A DNA stretch of 64,000 bases from an uncultured Bacilli bacterium (lineage in GTDB: Bacteria > Bacillota_I > Bacilli_A > RF39 > UBA660): positions 1,163 to 65,162 of the forward strand of contig CAKOIE010000003.1 of NCBI GenBank assembly GCA_934086395.1, read 5' to 3'. The notes under the pieces are model-generated. The model was given only the letters and a program-made list of their open reading frames with translations. It made no database searches and was not told where the DNA came from. A program made the translations under genes and the position numbers. This document shows, piece after piece, positions 37,235 to 47,068 of this stretch; the stretch's first letter is position 1, and every line of letters starts with the position of its first letter.

Positions 37235-37716
37235 ACCATTAACCCACTAACATCTTTAACATAAAACTTTTTATTTAATTTATCTATTTTTTTATAAAAA
37301 CCTTTAAGAGGAATATAAAATTTATCATTTACTTTAATTAAAGGATTAATTTTATTATCATCATAATCAGTTATTATACCTATTTCCTTATTATTAGATA
37401 TTACTTTATAATTAACTAATTCACTTATAAGATATTCTTCATCTAGTAAGTTTAAATCTTCTTTAGCAAAATATACATCATTACCAATTAAATATTCTAT
37501 ATCATTAATGTCTTTGATATTATCAAGTTCTACTAAATAGTTATTTTTATGAAAACGCACACCTGTTATTTCATAGTTTTTATCTTTAATTATAAGATGG
37601 TTATGAACTTGAAATACCCTTTTTGGCATTTCGAACTTGGATACTATTTTAAGTTCACCTTTAATTCCAAATGTATTAACTATTTTACCTACATATATTT
37701 TTTCCAACTTTATCAC
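37231..37716 (-). CDS. rimM: 16S rRNA processing protein RimM
   Basis: VGKIVNTFGIKGELKI. It overlaps the trmD start. Confidence 0.8.
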   Translation of the reverse strand: MIKLEKIYVGKIVNTFGIKGELKIVSKFEMPKRVFQVHNHLIIKDKNYEITGVRFHKNNYLVELDNIKDINDIEYLIGNDVYFAKEDLNLLDEEYLISELVNYKVISNNKEIGIITDYDDNKINPLIKVNDKFYIPLKGFYKKIDKLNKKFYVKDVSGLMV

Positions 37717-38384
37717 CTACTTGTTATCCCAACATAATTATCTATTATTAAGGAATCAAACATATTATTATATTTTTTTAAACTGTTTTTATTATTAACG
37801 TAATAGCCAATAACAATATTTTCTTCTCTTAATTTATTTAATTTTATTTTATCATAATATTCTATATTGTAGCTTTTAAAGTCTGATTTAATAAAATAGA
37901 ATCCTAGATTAAAGCCCTTATGCTTAGTTACAGCTTCTCCTACAATATAACTTTCACGATGCTTATTTAGCCACATTATTATTTTAATATCAGTTGATAA
38001 TAGAGCAAATTTACCAGAATAATTATCCAATAAATTAAATAATTCTTCATTTTTAGTATGTATTTTTAAGCTTAAAATAATAGGAATGTCTTTGGTTAGT
38101 TCTAAGATTTCCGATAATTTAGGAATATGATAAAAAGACAAATATGATATTTCATCGTATGTCATATCTTTAATATTATCTTTTTGATTTTGAATTCTGG
38201 TTAAACAATCATTTTCACAAATAATTAATTCTTTATCTTTGGTTTCACATACGGTTAAATAAATAGCTTTATTTTTACGGATTGCTACTTTTATTGCCTC
38301 TAAAGTATTTTCATAAACATTTTTATTATCATATATTCCTTTATAAACAAAATAACGAGATTTTAAAAACGATAGATCTTTCAT
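37713..38384 (-). CDS. glycerophosphodiester phosphodiesterase-like protein (divergent)
   Basis: The GDPD-like block reads VYKGIYDNKNVYENTLEAIKVAIRKNKAIYLTVCETKDKELIICENDCLTRI. The canonical HRG, E.D and HD positions are substituted. Confidence 0.45.
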   Translation of the reverse strand: MKDLSFLKSRYFVYKGIYDNKNVYENTLEAIKVAIRKNKAIYLTVCETKDKELIICENDCLTRIQNQKDNIKDMTYDEISYLSFYHIPKLSEILELTKDIPIILSLKIHTKNEELFNLLDNYSGKFALLSTDIKIIMWLNKHRESYIVGEAVTKHKGFNLGFYFIKSDFKSYNIEYYDKIKLNKLREENIVIGYYVNNKNSLKKYNNMFDSLIIDNYVGITSR

Positions 38385-39103
38385 CTTTTACCACCAAGTT
38401 CATACATTAGGATGCTAGCAGATACCCCGGCATTTAAGCTTTCACATAAGGGATTCATAGGAAGTTTTAAATTTTGATCGGCAAGGGCTTTAACACTATC
38501 TTTAACACCACTAGCTTCTGAGCCAATAATTATAGCATGCTTATTATTTTCTTTTTGAGGACTAACTCCAGTAACTACATCTGTTGAATATATTTTATAA
38601 CCATTATTTTTTAGGATATAAATATTTTTTTCAATATCATCTATTATTATGTTTATGTTAAAAAGCATTCCTTCACTTGATCTTATAACTTTTCCGTTAT
38701 ACACATCAACACATTCTTTTGATAAGATAATAGTTTGATAATTAAAAGCAACTGCTGAACGAATTATTGTACCTAAATTTCCAGGATCTTTTATGTTATC
38801 TAGTATAACTACATTGCCAACTATTTCATTATTATTTTCAATTTTACAAACTGCTAGTTCTTTAGGACTACTTGTTTGATCTGATAATTTTTTCATAACT
38901 TTTTCGGATACATAAGTAGCATCAAATCCATAGGTATTTGGCGTTCCTTCAAGCAAAAATAATTCTAAAACTAAGTTCTTTTTTAAGGCTTCTTCAACTA
39001 AATGTTTTCCTACAGCAAGAAACTTGTTATTAATTTTACGGTATTTTTTATCATGTAATTTAGCTATTTCTTTTACTCTTTCATTATTTACTGATTCAAT
39101 CAT
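38381..39103 (-). CDS. TrmH/SpoU family RNA 2'-O-methyltransferase (RlmB-like)
   Basis: DNIKDPGNLGTIIRSAVAFN, IIGSEASGV and ESLNAGVSASILMYE. Confidence 0.8.
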   Translation of the reverse strand: MIESVNNERVKEIAKLHDKKYRKINNKFLAVGKHLVEEALKKNLVLELFLLEGTPNTYGFDATYVSEKVMKKLSDQTSSPKELAVCKIENNNEIVGNVVILDNIKDPGNLGTIIRSAVAFNYQTIILSKECVDVYNGKVIRSSEGMLFNINIIIDDIEKNIYILKNNGYKIYSTDVVTGVSPQKENNKHAIIIGSEASGVKDSVKALADQNLKLPMNPLCESLNAGVSASILMYELGGKR

Positions 39104-39741
39104 TTATTATTTAACTCCTTTCTTGCTTGTTTGTAATAGGGATAATATTTAGCTACTTCATTCCAAAATGCGGGTGAATGATCCATATGTTTAAAGTGAC
39201 ATAATTCATGAACTATTACATAATCGATTAAATTAACATCTTTAGTAATTAGTTCGGTATTTAAGGTTACAGTCATACTACTTTTATTACATACTCCCCA
39301 TCTAGTTTTCATTTTACGAACTTTTAATGTGAACTTTGGTAGATTATCAAACATATTCATTATTCGATCTAATCTAACTTTAAAAACATCATAACATAGA
39401 CTATAAATATAATTTATAGCGTCTTCTTCACTTTTAGCATAAATATAATTATTATCTATAAATGTTTTATCACTTTCTATTAGTGATAATTCATCACCTA
39501 AATACATTATTTTATTAGGTTTTAATTTATTTGCTTTAAGTTTATTATTAGCTTTAATTATAAAGGCTTTATTATCATTTATTATTTTTAATATTTCTTT
39601 ATTAGTTGTATAAAGATTAGCTGATACCTCTATTTTATTTTCTTCTTTTACTCTTAAGTATAAGTTTTTTATTCTTTTACGATTAACAATTATTTCGAAT
39701 GCTTCATTATCAATTATAATTTTATTATTCATCATCGCCAC
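39100..39741 (-). CDS. YgjP-like M48/DUF45 metallopeptidase
   Basis: VIVHELCHFKHMDHSPAFW (HExxH), plus RWGVC. Confidence 0.75.
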   Translation of the reverse strand: MAMMNNKIIIDNEAFEIIVNRKRIKNLYLRVKEENKIEVSANLYTTNKEILKIINDNKAFIIKANNKLKANKLKPNKIMYLGDELSLIESDKTFIDNNYIYAKSEEDAINYIYSLCYDVFKVRLDRIMNMFDNLPKFTLKVRKMKTRWGVCNKSSMTVTLNTELITKDVNLIDYVIVHELCHFKHMDHSPAFWNEVAKYYPYYKQARKELNNK

Positions 39742-41041
39742 TACGATTAGTAAATTTAAAGATTATAGGGGTGCCAGTAAAATCAAAGTTTTCTCTTATT
39801 TGATTTTCTAAATATCTTTCATAACTAAAGTGTACTAGATTTTTATTGTTAACAGAAAATTCAAATTTAGGTGGTTTTGTTCCTGTTTGATGAACAAAGT
39901 ATATTTTCAAACGTTTTCCTTTATAAGAAGGTGGTTCATGAATTAGAACTGCTTCTCTTATTACATCATTTAAAACACTAGTTTTAACACTTCTAGTTAA
40001 GCCTTCATATGCTTTAATTACTTCTGGCATTAATGTATGAATTCTTGATTTTGTTTTACTTGATAAAAATACAATAGGTGCATATGGAGCAAATTGAAAG
40101 TTATTTCTAATTAATTTTGTCCATGTTTTAATAGCTTCATCTTTATTATCTATTAAATCCCATTTATTTACGCATATTACAAGAGCTTTACCTGCATCAA
40201 TAGCGTATGATGCTATATGTTTATCATGTTCAATTATTCCTTCTTCGGCATTTAGAACAAGAACACAGACATCTGATCTTTCAATTGCTTTAAGACTTCT
40301 AAGCAAACTGTATTTTTCAATATTCTCATAAATCTTACCTTTTTTACGCATACCAGCTGTATCAATTACAATATAGTCATTTTTTTCATATGTAAAACGA
40401 GAATCAATAGCATCACGGGTAGTCCCAGCAACGTTTGAGACTATTGAACGTTCTTCATTTAATAAGGCGTTTACTAAACTACTTTTTCCAACATTAGGTC
40501 TTCCAATAAGGGAAAATTTTAAAGTAGCATCATCTTCTTCGGTTGTATATGGATTAAAATCCTTAGTAATTGCATTTAATAATTCTTTAATTCCTTTATT
40601 ATGTTCAGCAGATACGGGATAATAAGCATCAAATCCAAGTTCATAATAGTTGTAAATATTGTTATTCATATGTTTTTCATCTAATTTATTTACAGCAACA
40701 ATTACTTCTTTATTACTCTTTTTAAGAAGACTTGATATTAATAAATCATTACTTGTTAAATCTTCTTTACCATCTATAACAAATACGATTAAATCTGATT
40801 CATCAATAGCAAGTTCGGCTTGCATTTTAATATTTTCATTAAATGTTGCTTTTTCTAAATCAATTCCACCAGTATCTATTAAATTAAAACTTTTATCTTC
40901 ATAGTTAACTATTCCATAGATACGATCTCTAGTAACACCGGCTTGATCATCAATTATAGATTTTTTTTCATTTATTAATCTATTAAATAATGAACTTTTT
41001 CCAGTATTTGGTCTTCCAATTAAGGATACTGTTTTTCGCAT
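39725..41041 (-). CDS. der: ribosome-associated GTPase Der (EngA)
   Basis: Two G domains (GRPNTGKSSLFN and GRPNVGKSSLVN) plus a KH-like C-terminus. Confidence 0.92.
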   Translation of the reverse strand: MRKTVSLIGRPNTGKSSLFNRLINEKKSIIDDQAGVTRDRIYGIVNYEDKSFNLIDTGGIDLEKATFNENIKMQAELAIDESDLIVFVIDGKEDLTSNDLLISSLLKKSNKEVIVAVNKLDEKHMNNNIYNYYELGFDAYYPVSAEHNKGIKELLNAITKDFNPYTTEEDDATLKFSLIGRPNVGKSSLVNALLNEERSIVSNVAGTTRDAIDSRFTYEKNDYIVIDTAGMRKKGKIYENIEKYSLLRSLKAIERSDVCVLVLNAEEGIIEHDKHIASYAIDAGKALVICVNKWDLIDNKDEAIKTWTKLIRNNFQFAPYAPIVFLSSKTKSRIHTLMPEVIKAYEGLTRSVKTSVLNDVIREAVLIHEPPSYKGKRLKIYFVHQTGTKPPKFEFSVNNKNLVHFSYERYLENQIRENFDFTGTPIIFKFTNRSGDDE

Positions 41042-41130
41042 AATTAATCACTTCTTTTTCTAATCCATATATTATCATAAAATAGGCAAAATAAAAAGTA
41101 AGTTTTGTTTGCTTACTTTGAATTTAATTC

Positions 41131-41535
41131 TTATCTTATAGTTTTCATTTTTTTATCTTCTGCTGTAACTTTATCAACTACTATGTTAAATACTTCAGTT
41201 AAATTTAAAGCTTCACATATTTCTTTAGCATAAAATTTAGCTATTTCGGTAGATACACCTTTGTTTATTTCATAGTTACATAAATACTCTTCAATAACTT
41301 CTCTTTCTCTACCATTGATATAATTTTTTATTTTGCTTACAGGCCATTTTAAATTTTTTAATTGTTTTTCTACTTGTAATAAAATTATTATGTATAAATT
41401 GGAAAGTAATTCAAATAATTCTGTGTTATTTGAAAACTCTTCTACTTTATCAAGTGTAAAAAAACTTACAACAGTACGTACTTTAAGATAATTTTTTAAT
41501 TCTTCATAGGTTATAATTAAATTTTCTTTTTCCAT
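41131..41535 (-). CDS. hypothetical protein
   Basis: 134 aa. It has RBS GGGGG and the promoter-like sequence TGCTATAAT upstream. Confidence 0.45.
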   Translation of the reverse strand: MEKENLIITYEELKNYLKVRTVVSFFTLDKVEEFSNNTELFELLSNLYIIILLQVEKQLKNLKWPVSKIKNYINGREREVIEEYLCNYEINKGVSTEIAKFYAKEICEALNLTEVFNIVVDKVTAEDKKMKTIR

Positions 41536-41733
41536 TTTCTAATCCCCCTGATTGCCTGTATTATAGCATATTTTTAGAAATAATTGCAACTATTTGTTTA
41601 ATAATATATTTTTATGGAATTTCGGTTGTTTTACGTTGACTATATCATACTCTGTTTGTTATAGAATCACTTAGGAATATTTAATTAATAGGGTGATTGC
41701 CTTTTTCAAACTATTATGAAAGAATGTGATATT

Positions 41734-41811
41734 ATGAGCAAAAAAGATTATTTAATTTTTATCTTACTTATAATTATAATATTGTTAATTGTAGTTATTT
41801 TATCTAAATAG
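41734..41811 (+). CDS. putative type I toxin peptide (25 aa; 31 aa from the in-frame ATG at 41716), copy 3
   Basis: The peptide is MSKKDYLIFILLIIIILLIVVILSK. The SD is weak or absent, so this copy is possibly decaying. Confidence 0.4.
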   Translation: MSKKDYLIFILLIIIILLIVVILSK

Positions 41812-41814
41812 CTA

Positions 41815-41927
41815 TTAAAAACAAAAAATCACCTCAACAGGGAGTTTTGGTGATTTCTACCTATATAAGGTAATCATCTAACTATCCAAATAGATGTTCC
41901 TTTTATTTTATGTAAGTATTCCTTACA
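41815..41927 (-). ncRNA. putative antisense antitoxin RNA, copy 3 (approximate ends)
   Basis: Minus-strand promoter TTGAAT(41956-41961)-17-TGcTAATAT(41933-41938). Hairpin AAATCACC/GGTGATTT (41826-41856) is followed by a T-run on the minus strand. Confidence 0.4.
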
Positions 41928-42089
41928 TATTCATATTAGCAAATTTTCAAAATTTATTCAAGCACAGCAAATACGATTATTCGTAATTTTTTTATTGACT
42001 TTATTCTTACGAAACTATATATTTATTTATAGGAACAACTAATTAGTTGGGTGATCGCCTTGCTTCATAACGAAGGGAGGTAGATAATT

Positions 42090-42173
42090 ATGAACAAAAG
42101 AGATATATTAATTTTCTTTTTATTAATTTTTATCCTTCTTTTAATTATTCTATTATATATAGTATTAATATAA
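42090..42173 (+). CDS. putative type I toxin peptide (27 aa), copy 4
   Basis: SD GGGAGG lies 9 nt upstream. The peptide is MNKRDILIFFLLIFILLLIILLYIVLI. Confidence 0.5.
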   Translation: MNKRDILIFFLLIFILLLIILLYIVLI

Positions 42174-42281
42174 AGAAAATCACCTAACTCAGCAATGAAT
42201 TAGGTGAGAACAAAACATTGGTAATCACCCAACATGCGAAATTGGATGTTCCTTTTTTATTTTATGTAAGTATTCCTTACA
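42172..42281 (-). ncRNA. putative antisense antitoxin RNA, copy 4 (approximate ends)
   Basis: Minus-strand promoter TTGCAC(42310-42315)-17-TGaTAATAT(42287-42292). Hairpin TCACCTAA/TTAGGTGA (42180-42207) is followed by TTTTCTTT on the minus strand. Confidence 0.4.
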
Positions 42282-42359
42282 TATTCATATTATCAAATTT
42301 TATATGTTTGTGCAAGTATCTAATAACGACAATTCGTAATAAAAAATTTTAAAAAATAG

Positions 42360-42836
42360 TTAGGCAACACTAACTATTTTAATTTGATAACTTCCAGTAG
42401 GAGATGAAATTTCTACTGTATCTCCTTCACTTTTATTAATAATTGCTTTACCAATAGGTGATTCGTTAGAAATCTTATTTTCAAATGGATCTGCTTCCAT
42501 TCTTCCTACGATATGATAAACTTCTTCTTCGTCATCATCAACATATTTAATTGTAACTGTTGAACCAACATCAACTATATGAGAATTTTTCTTTTCAATA
42601 ATAGTTGCATTAGCAAGCATAAATTCAAGTTCTTTAATTCTTCCCTCAACTTCAGCTTGTTCATTTCTTGCAGCATCATAGTCGGCATTTTCAGATAAGT
42701 CCCCTTGGCTTCTAGCATCTTTAATTGCTTCGATAACCTTTGGTCTTCTCACATTTTTTAATTCATTTAATTCTTCTTCAAGTTCTAAAAAACCATCACT
42801 TGTTAATAATATATCTTTCTTTGACATTAATATCAA
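42360..42836 (-). CDS. greA: transcription elongation factor GreA
   Basis: The coiled-coil N-terminus contains DLSENADYDAAR. The C-terminus reads SPIGKAIINKSEGDTVEI. Confidence 0.92.
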   Translation of the reverse strand: MILMSKKDILLTSDGFLELEEELNELKNVRRPKVIEAIKDARSQGDLSENADYDAARNEQAEVEGRIKELEFMLANATIIEKKNSHIVDVGSTVTIKYVDDDEEEVYHIVGRMEADPFENKISNESPIGKAIINKSEGDTVEISSPTGSYQIKIVSVA

Positions 42837-42869
42837 ATCTCCTTCAAAATTTACAATAACAAGAATATA

Positions 42870-44072
42870 CTACAAAATAGACTCTTTGTCAATTGTTTTT
42901 AATCTCATGATATCGTCTTTACATAGAGGAATGTCTGTTTTAAATTTAACAATCATTTGAGCATGATTTGCTTCTTCTATTAAATTCATATCCTCATCAT
43001 AAATATCTTCTATAGTATACTCAGTTTCTTCAAAATTAGGACTAATAAATTCAACTATAGTACCTTTTTTAAAATAATTTCTTTGTTCTAAGGTAATTAA
43101 TCCATTATCATTACTTAATACTACTCCTAAAAAATCTTGATTAGATACTTCTTTATTACCATTATAATATTGATCTTTATAATTAGGTAATTCTTTAAAA
43201 AATTGAGGATTACTTTCTCTATTAGCACATCTATTTAATACTTTAAGATAATAATTAATAGTTTTATCATTTATACGATTATTTATAACATCATCTATAA
43301 TTTTACGATAACTTGAAATTACAGTTGCTATATAATAAATACTACGCATTCTTCCTTCAATTTTAAAAGAATTAACACCAGCATCTATCATATCTTTAAT
43401 GTAAATAGCCATATTTAAATCTTTAGGACACATTTGATAGTTTTCTCCTAATTCGTTACCATTTATATCACCAATTGCAAAATTCCAACGACATACTTGA
43501 GCACATCCTCCACGATTAGCATCTCTATTTGTTGCATAATTACTCATAATGCATCTACCACTAATTGATGTACACATTGCACCATGAATAAATGCTTCTA
43601 AATCTAATCCAGTATATTCTTTTATTTCTTTTATATCTTCTTCACTAGCTTCCCTAGCTAAAACTACTCTACTAGCTCCTAACTCTTTATAAAAAAGTGC
43701 GGTTTCTTTATTTAAAGTACTAGCTTGTGTTGATATATGAAGTTCCATTTTTAAGTGTAATTCTTTCCATAAATTCATTATATAGTAATCACTTACAATA
43801 ATTGCATCTACATTTACCCTATCCAAAAATAATAGATATTCTTTTAAACCATCTATATTTTCATCATGTAATACGATATTTACTGTAACATATACTTTTT
43901 TATTTAAATTATGAGCATAAATTACGGCATCTTTTATTTCTTCATTAGTAAAATTTTTAGCATTAGCTCTTAATGAATAATTTTTGCCACCTATATAAAC
44001 CGCATCAGCACCATATCTTAAAGCAAACTTTAATCTTTCAAAATCACCAGCTGGGCTTAATAACTCTATCAT
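42870..44072 (-). CDS. U32 family peptidase-like protein (YrrO/TrhP-type)
   Basis: ELLSPAGDFERLKFALRYGADAVYIGG and the Cys cluster CTSISGRCIMSNY...GGCAQVCR. Confidence 0.8.
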   Translation of the reverse strand: MIELLSPAGDFERLKFALRYGADAVYIGGKNYSLRANAKNFTNEEIKDAVIYAHNLNKKVYVTVNIVLHDENIDGLKEYLLFLDRVNVDAIIVSDYYIMNLWKELHLKMELHISTQASTLNKETALFYKELGASRVVLAREASEEDIKEIKEYTGLDLEAFIHGAMCTSISGRCIMSNYATNRDANRGGCAQVCRWNFAIGDINGNELGENYQMCPKDLNMAIYIKDMIDAGVNSFKIEGRMRSIYYIATVISSYRKIIDDVINNRINDKTINYYLKVLNRCANRESNPQFFKELPNYKDQYYNGNKEVSNQDFLGVVLSNDNGLITLEQRNYFKKGTIVEFISPNFEETEYTIEDIYDEDMNLIEEANHAQMIVKFKTDIPLCKDDIMRLKTIDKESIL

Positions 44073-44872
44073 TTTAAATCACTCACTTTATATACAGTTT
44101 TATTTTCATAGAACTTATTATCATAATCTATTTTTTTACCATTTAAAATAGCAATAACATCTTTATATGTTAATCCATTAGGATTAATATAATACATAAG
44201 AATTTTATCATCATTAATATTTTTTAACTCTGGTATTAAATTAAAATATTTATTATAGAATAAAACTGTTCCGTATTTATTTTCTTTAGCTAAAAATTCT
44301 ACAGCGTCATTTTTTAAAATGGCAACATCTGTATATTCAGTTTTAAAAGTATCACTATAAAATTTTAATAAAGTTCTTCTTGAATACATAGCCATATTAA
44401 GTCCTAAAATAGGTAATATTACTTTTTTATTAACATTTTCTAAAACTGTTTTTAATTCATTTTTTTCTAATTCATTAGCAAGCATACAAGATATAATATT
44501 ATCCTTAGATAACCAGTAATTGATTGAATGATAATTAACCGCAAAATGGGCTTGATTCCAAATTAAATTTATATTAGTGTCTTTAAGCATTTGATATATA
44601 GCGATATCTTCATAAATTATTCCATTTACAAAACTTAATTTAGGAATAATTAATTTAAAGTTATTACAGTCTTTATTATCTAACACTCTATTAACAAGTA
44701 AATAAACATTTATATTGTATTTTTCTTTAATACTTTTCATCTCATCTAAATTAAAAGTATTATAACCAATACTATAATATGATAAAGGAAAAAGAAAGTT
44801 TGTTATACCTTCTTTATAATATTCTTCAATTTCTAATAAATTATTTATTCTTATTAATAGTTTATTTTTCAT
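44069..44872 (-). CDS. U32 family protein (YrrN-type partner)
   Basis: It is a shorter U32-like paralog that overlaps both neighbours. The gene order of methyltransferase then two U32 genes matches B. subtilis yrrM-yrrN-yrrO. Confidence 0.6.
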   Translation of the reverse strand: MKNKLLIRINNLLEIEEYYKEGITNFLFPLSYYSIGYNTFNLDEMKSIKEKYNINVYLLVNRVLDNKDCNNFKLIIPKLSFVNGIIYEDIAIYQMLKDTNINLIWNQAHFAVNYHSINYWLSKDNIISCMLANELEKNELKTVLENVNKKVILPILGLNMAMYSRRTLLKFYSDTFKTEYTDVAILKNDAVEFLAKENKYGTVLFYNKYFNLIPELKNINDDKILMYYINPNGLTYKDVIAILNGKKIDYDNKFYENKTVYKVSDLK

Positions 44873-45467
44873 TATTCTTTTTAAAGCTTACTGATAAGCC
44901 ATCTCCAATATCATAAAATTTAGTAACATAATCTTTATTATTATTTAAAAATTCAATATAATTTTCTATTTTAGTAACTATTCCTCTAACATTTTTACTT
45001 TTAATAGATGCCTTATCTTTAACTAAACCATGAAATTTTAAGTTATCTGTTATTATTACTCCACCTGGATTTAAATAATTACAAAATCTTTCAAAGTATT
45101 TAATATATCCACCTTTAGCAGCATCAATAAAGATTAAATCATATTTACGTCCTGTTAAACTTACTTCTAATGCATCATTATATACTATTTCAATTCTTTT
45201 ATCTAAACCACAAGCATTAACATTTTTAACTGCTTCACGATATCTTTTCTCGTCTTTTTCAATAGTTGTAATTTCAACTGTATCGGTTGCATTAGCCATA
45301 AGTATTGCTGAATAACCTATTGCGGTACCTATTTCTAAAACTGTTTTAACATTATTAAGTTTAATATATTTCATAATAAATTTAATAGAATCAAGTTCAA
45401 TAATAGGAATATTATTTGCTTCAGCATATCTTTCCATTTCTAATATTGTCTCTTTCACAGGGAACAC
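44862..45467 (-). CDS. SAM-dependent O-methyltransferase (YrrM/TrmR-like)
   Basis: VLEIGTAIGYSAILMA, IFIDAAKG and ITDN. Confidence 0.75.
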   Translation of the reverse strand: MFPVKETILEMERYAEANNIPIIELDSIKFIMKYIKLNNVKTVLEIGTAIGYSAILMANATDTVEITTIEKDEKRYREAVKNVNACGLDKRIEIVYNDALEVSLTGRKYDLIFIDAAKGGYIKYFERFCNYLNPGGVIITDNLKFHGLVKDKASIKSKNVRGIVTKIENYIEFLNNNKDYVTKFYDIGDGLSVSFKKNNEK

Positions 45468-45529
45468 TTCCTTACGAACTAGATTATATCATAGGTTATT
45501 TAAAAAATGCAAAAAAATAAGAAAAGGAA

Positions 45530-46165
45530 CTATTTTGTAGTTCCATCATGATCAAAAATTATTTTTTTAATTTTTGCTGGTAATTGAAAATTAGTACTCA
45601 ATATTTCTTCATTTGTTCTTTCAGGATAATTTACAACAGCAAGTTTTACCATTGCTTCATTTGTTAGTTCATCCTCATTATAGTTACTTTTTTCTTTTAA
45701 ATTCTTAAGTTCTTCTTCTAAACTTTTAATTTTATCCTCTGATTTTTCTATTCCTTTAGACAATTCTTTTATGTTAAATTTATTTTCTTTATATGTTCCT
45801 AATAGAGAATATGATACAAATTGAATAAAAATTGTAATAGCGGTAGCTGCAAATAATATTCCAAATAATGTTTTATAAAAACCAATCTCACTTAATAATA
45901 TATCTCGACCCATAAAAATAATTATAAAGATCCAAAATATGTTTAGGAAAAAAAATTTATTTTTCGTTTTAATATTATTTTTAGATTTTTTTAATTGTTC
46001 TTTTAACATACTTACATAATTATTTTCTCTCTCTATTTTATTTTGTAAAGATAAAATTTTAACTGTATCTTCATTTTCACTAGATTCTACTCTTTTTAAT
46101 TTATTTTCATCATCTTCTACTACCCCAACTTTAGCTGTTTCATTCAAATATAACTCTTTATTCAT
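45530..46165 (-). CDS. tandem-paralog membrane/coiled-coil protein 1
   Basis: 211 aa with a conserved N-terminus MNKELYLNET.., a variable double-TM core and a conserved C-terminus ..EEELKNLKEK.NYNEDELTNE...PAKIKKI.F.H.GTTK. Confidence 0.65.
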   Translation of the reverse strand: MNKELYLNETAKVGVVEDDENKLKRVESSENEDTVKILSLQNKIERENNYVSMLKEQLKKSKNNIKTKNKFFFLNIFWIFIIIFMGRDILLSEIGFYKTLFGILFAATAITIFIQFVSYSLLGTYKENKFNIKELSKGIEKSEDKIKSLEEELKNLKEKSNYNEDELTNEAMVKLAVVNYPERTNEEILSTNFQLPAKIKKIIFDHDGTTK

Positions 46166-46198
46166 ATTATTTTTTCCTCTTTCTTTAATTTAAATCGT

Positions 46199-46227
46199 AT
46201 TATAGCAAACATTTGTTACTTTGTCAA
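46199..46227 (-). promoter_or_regulatory. consensus promoter TTGACA-17-TGcTATAAT for 45530..46165
   Basis: The reverse complement reads gaTTGACAaagtaacaaatgtttgcTATAATacg. A sister copy at 46959-46987 has TACAAT. Confidence 0.65.
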
Positions 46228-46310
46228 TCGAAACATCTGATGTGTAAATTATCTATATTAAAATTAATGTTAATAAAACCTGTGCGATATTTAAAAAATA
46301 AGAAAAGGAA

Positions 46311-46925
46311 CTATTTTGTAGTTCCATTATGATTAAAAGTTATTTTTTTAATTTTTGCTGGTATTTGAATATCGCTAACTAATGTTTCATCGCTTGTTCT
46401 TTCAGGATAATTTACTGTTGCAAATTTTATCACTTCTTCATTTGTTAGTTCATCCTCATTATAATTACATTTTTCTTTTAAATTTTTAAGTTCTTCTTCT
46501 AAAACCTTAATTTTATCATCAGATTTTTCTATTTCATTAGGTAATTCTTTCATAATTAGTCTATTTTCCTTAAATGATCCAAAATATTTTTTGCCTAAAA
46601 TTTGAATTATAGACATCGTAACGCCAACCATTGTTGTTATAAGGAACTGAATAATATTAAAATCATTAAATAAATTAAATGCCAAAATAATTATAGGCTC
46701 CCAAAACATTAAGTTTATACATTTTAAAATTATACGAACTTTAGCGTCAGATAATACTTTTTGCATCCTTACTACACTTTTATTTTCTCTTTCTATTTCA
46801 TTTTGCAATTCTAAAATTTTAACTGTATCTTCATTTTCACTAGATTCTACTCTTTTTAATTTCTTTTCATCATCTACTACTAGTCCAACATTTGTTGTTT
46901 CATTTAAATATAACTCTTTATTCAT
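46311..46925 (-). CDS. tandem-paralog membrane/coiled-coil protein 2
   Basis: 204 aa, same family. A terminator hairpin GGAACTAcaaaaTAGTTCC spans its stop codon. Confidence 0.65.
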   Translation of the reverse strand: MNKELYLNETTNVGLVVDDEKKLKRVESSENEDTVKILELQNEIERENKSVVRMQKVLSDAKVRIILKCINLMFWEPIIILAFNLFNDFNIIQFLITTMVGVTMSIIQILGKKYFGSFKENRLIMKELPNEIEKSDDKIKVLEEELKNLKEKCNYNEDELTNEEVIKFATVNYPERTSDETLVSDIQIPAKIKKITFNHNGTTK

Positions 46926-47068
46926 ATTATTTTTTCCTCTTTCTTTAATTTAAATCGTATTGTAGCAAACATTTGTTACTTTGTCAATCGAAACATCTGA
47001 TGTAAATTATCTATATTAAAATTCATATTAATAAAACCTGTGTGATATTTAAAAAATAAGAAAAGGAA

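Noticed and set aside
41541-41550. A C5 run upstream of 41131..41535, considered as another phase-variable tract.
   Set aside because: On the coding strand it is simply the GGGGG Shine-Dalgarno sequence, 7 nt before the ATG, downstream of a TGcTATAAT promoter.
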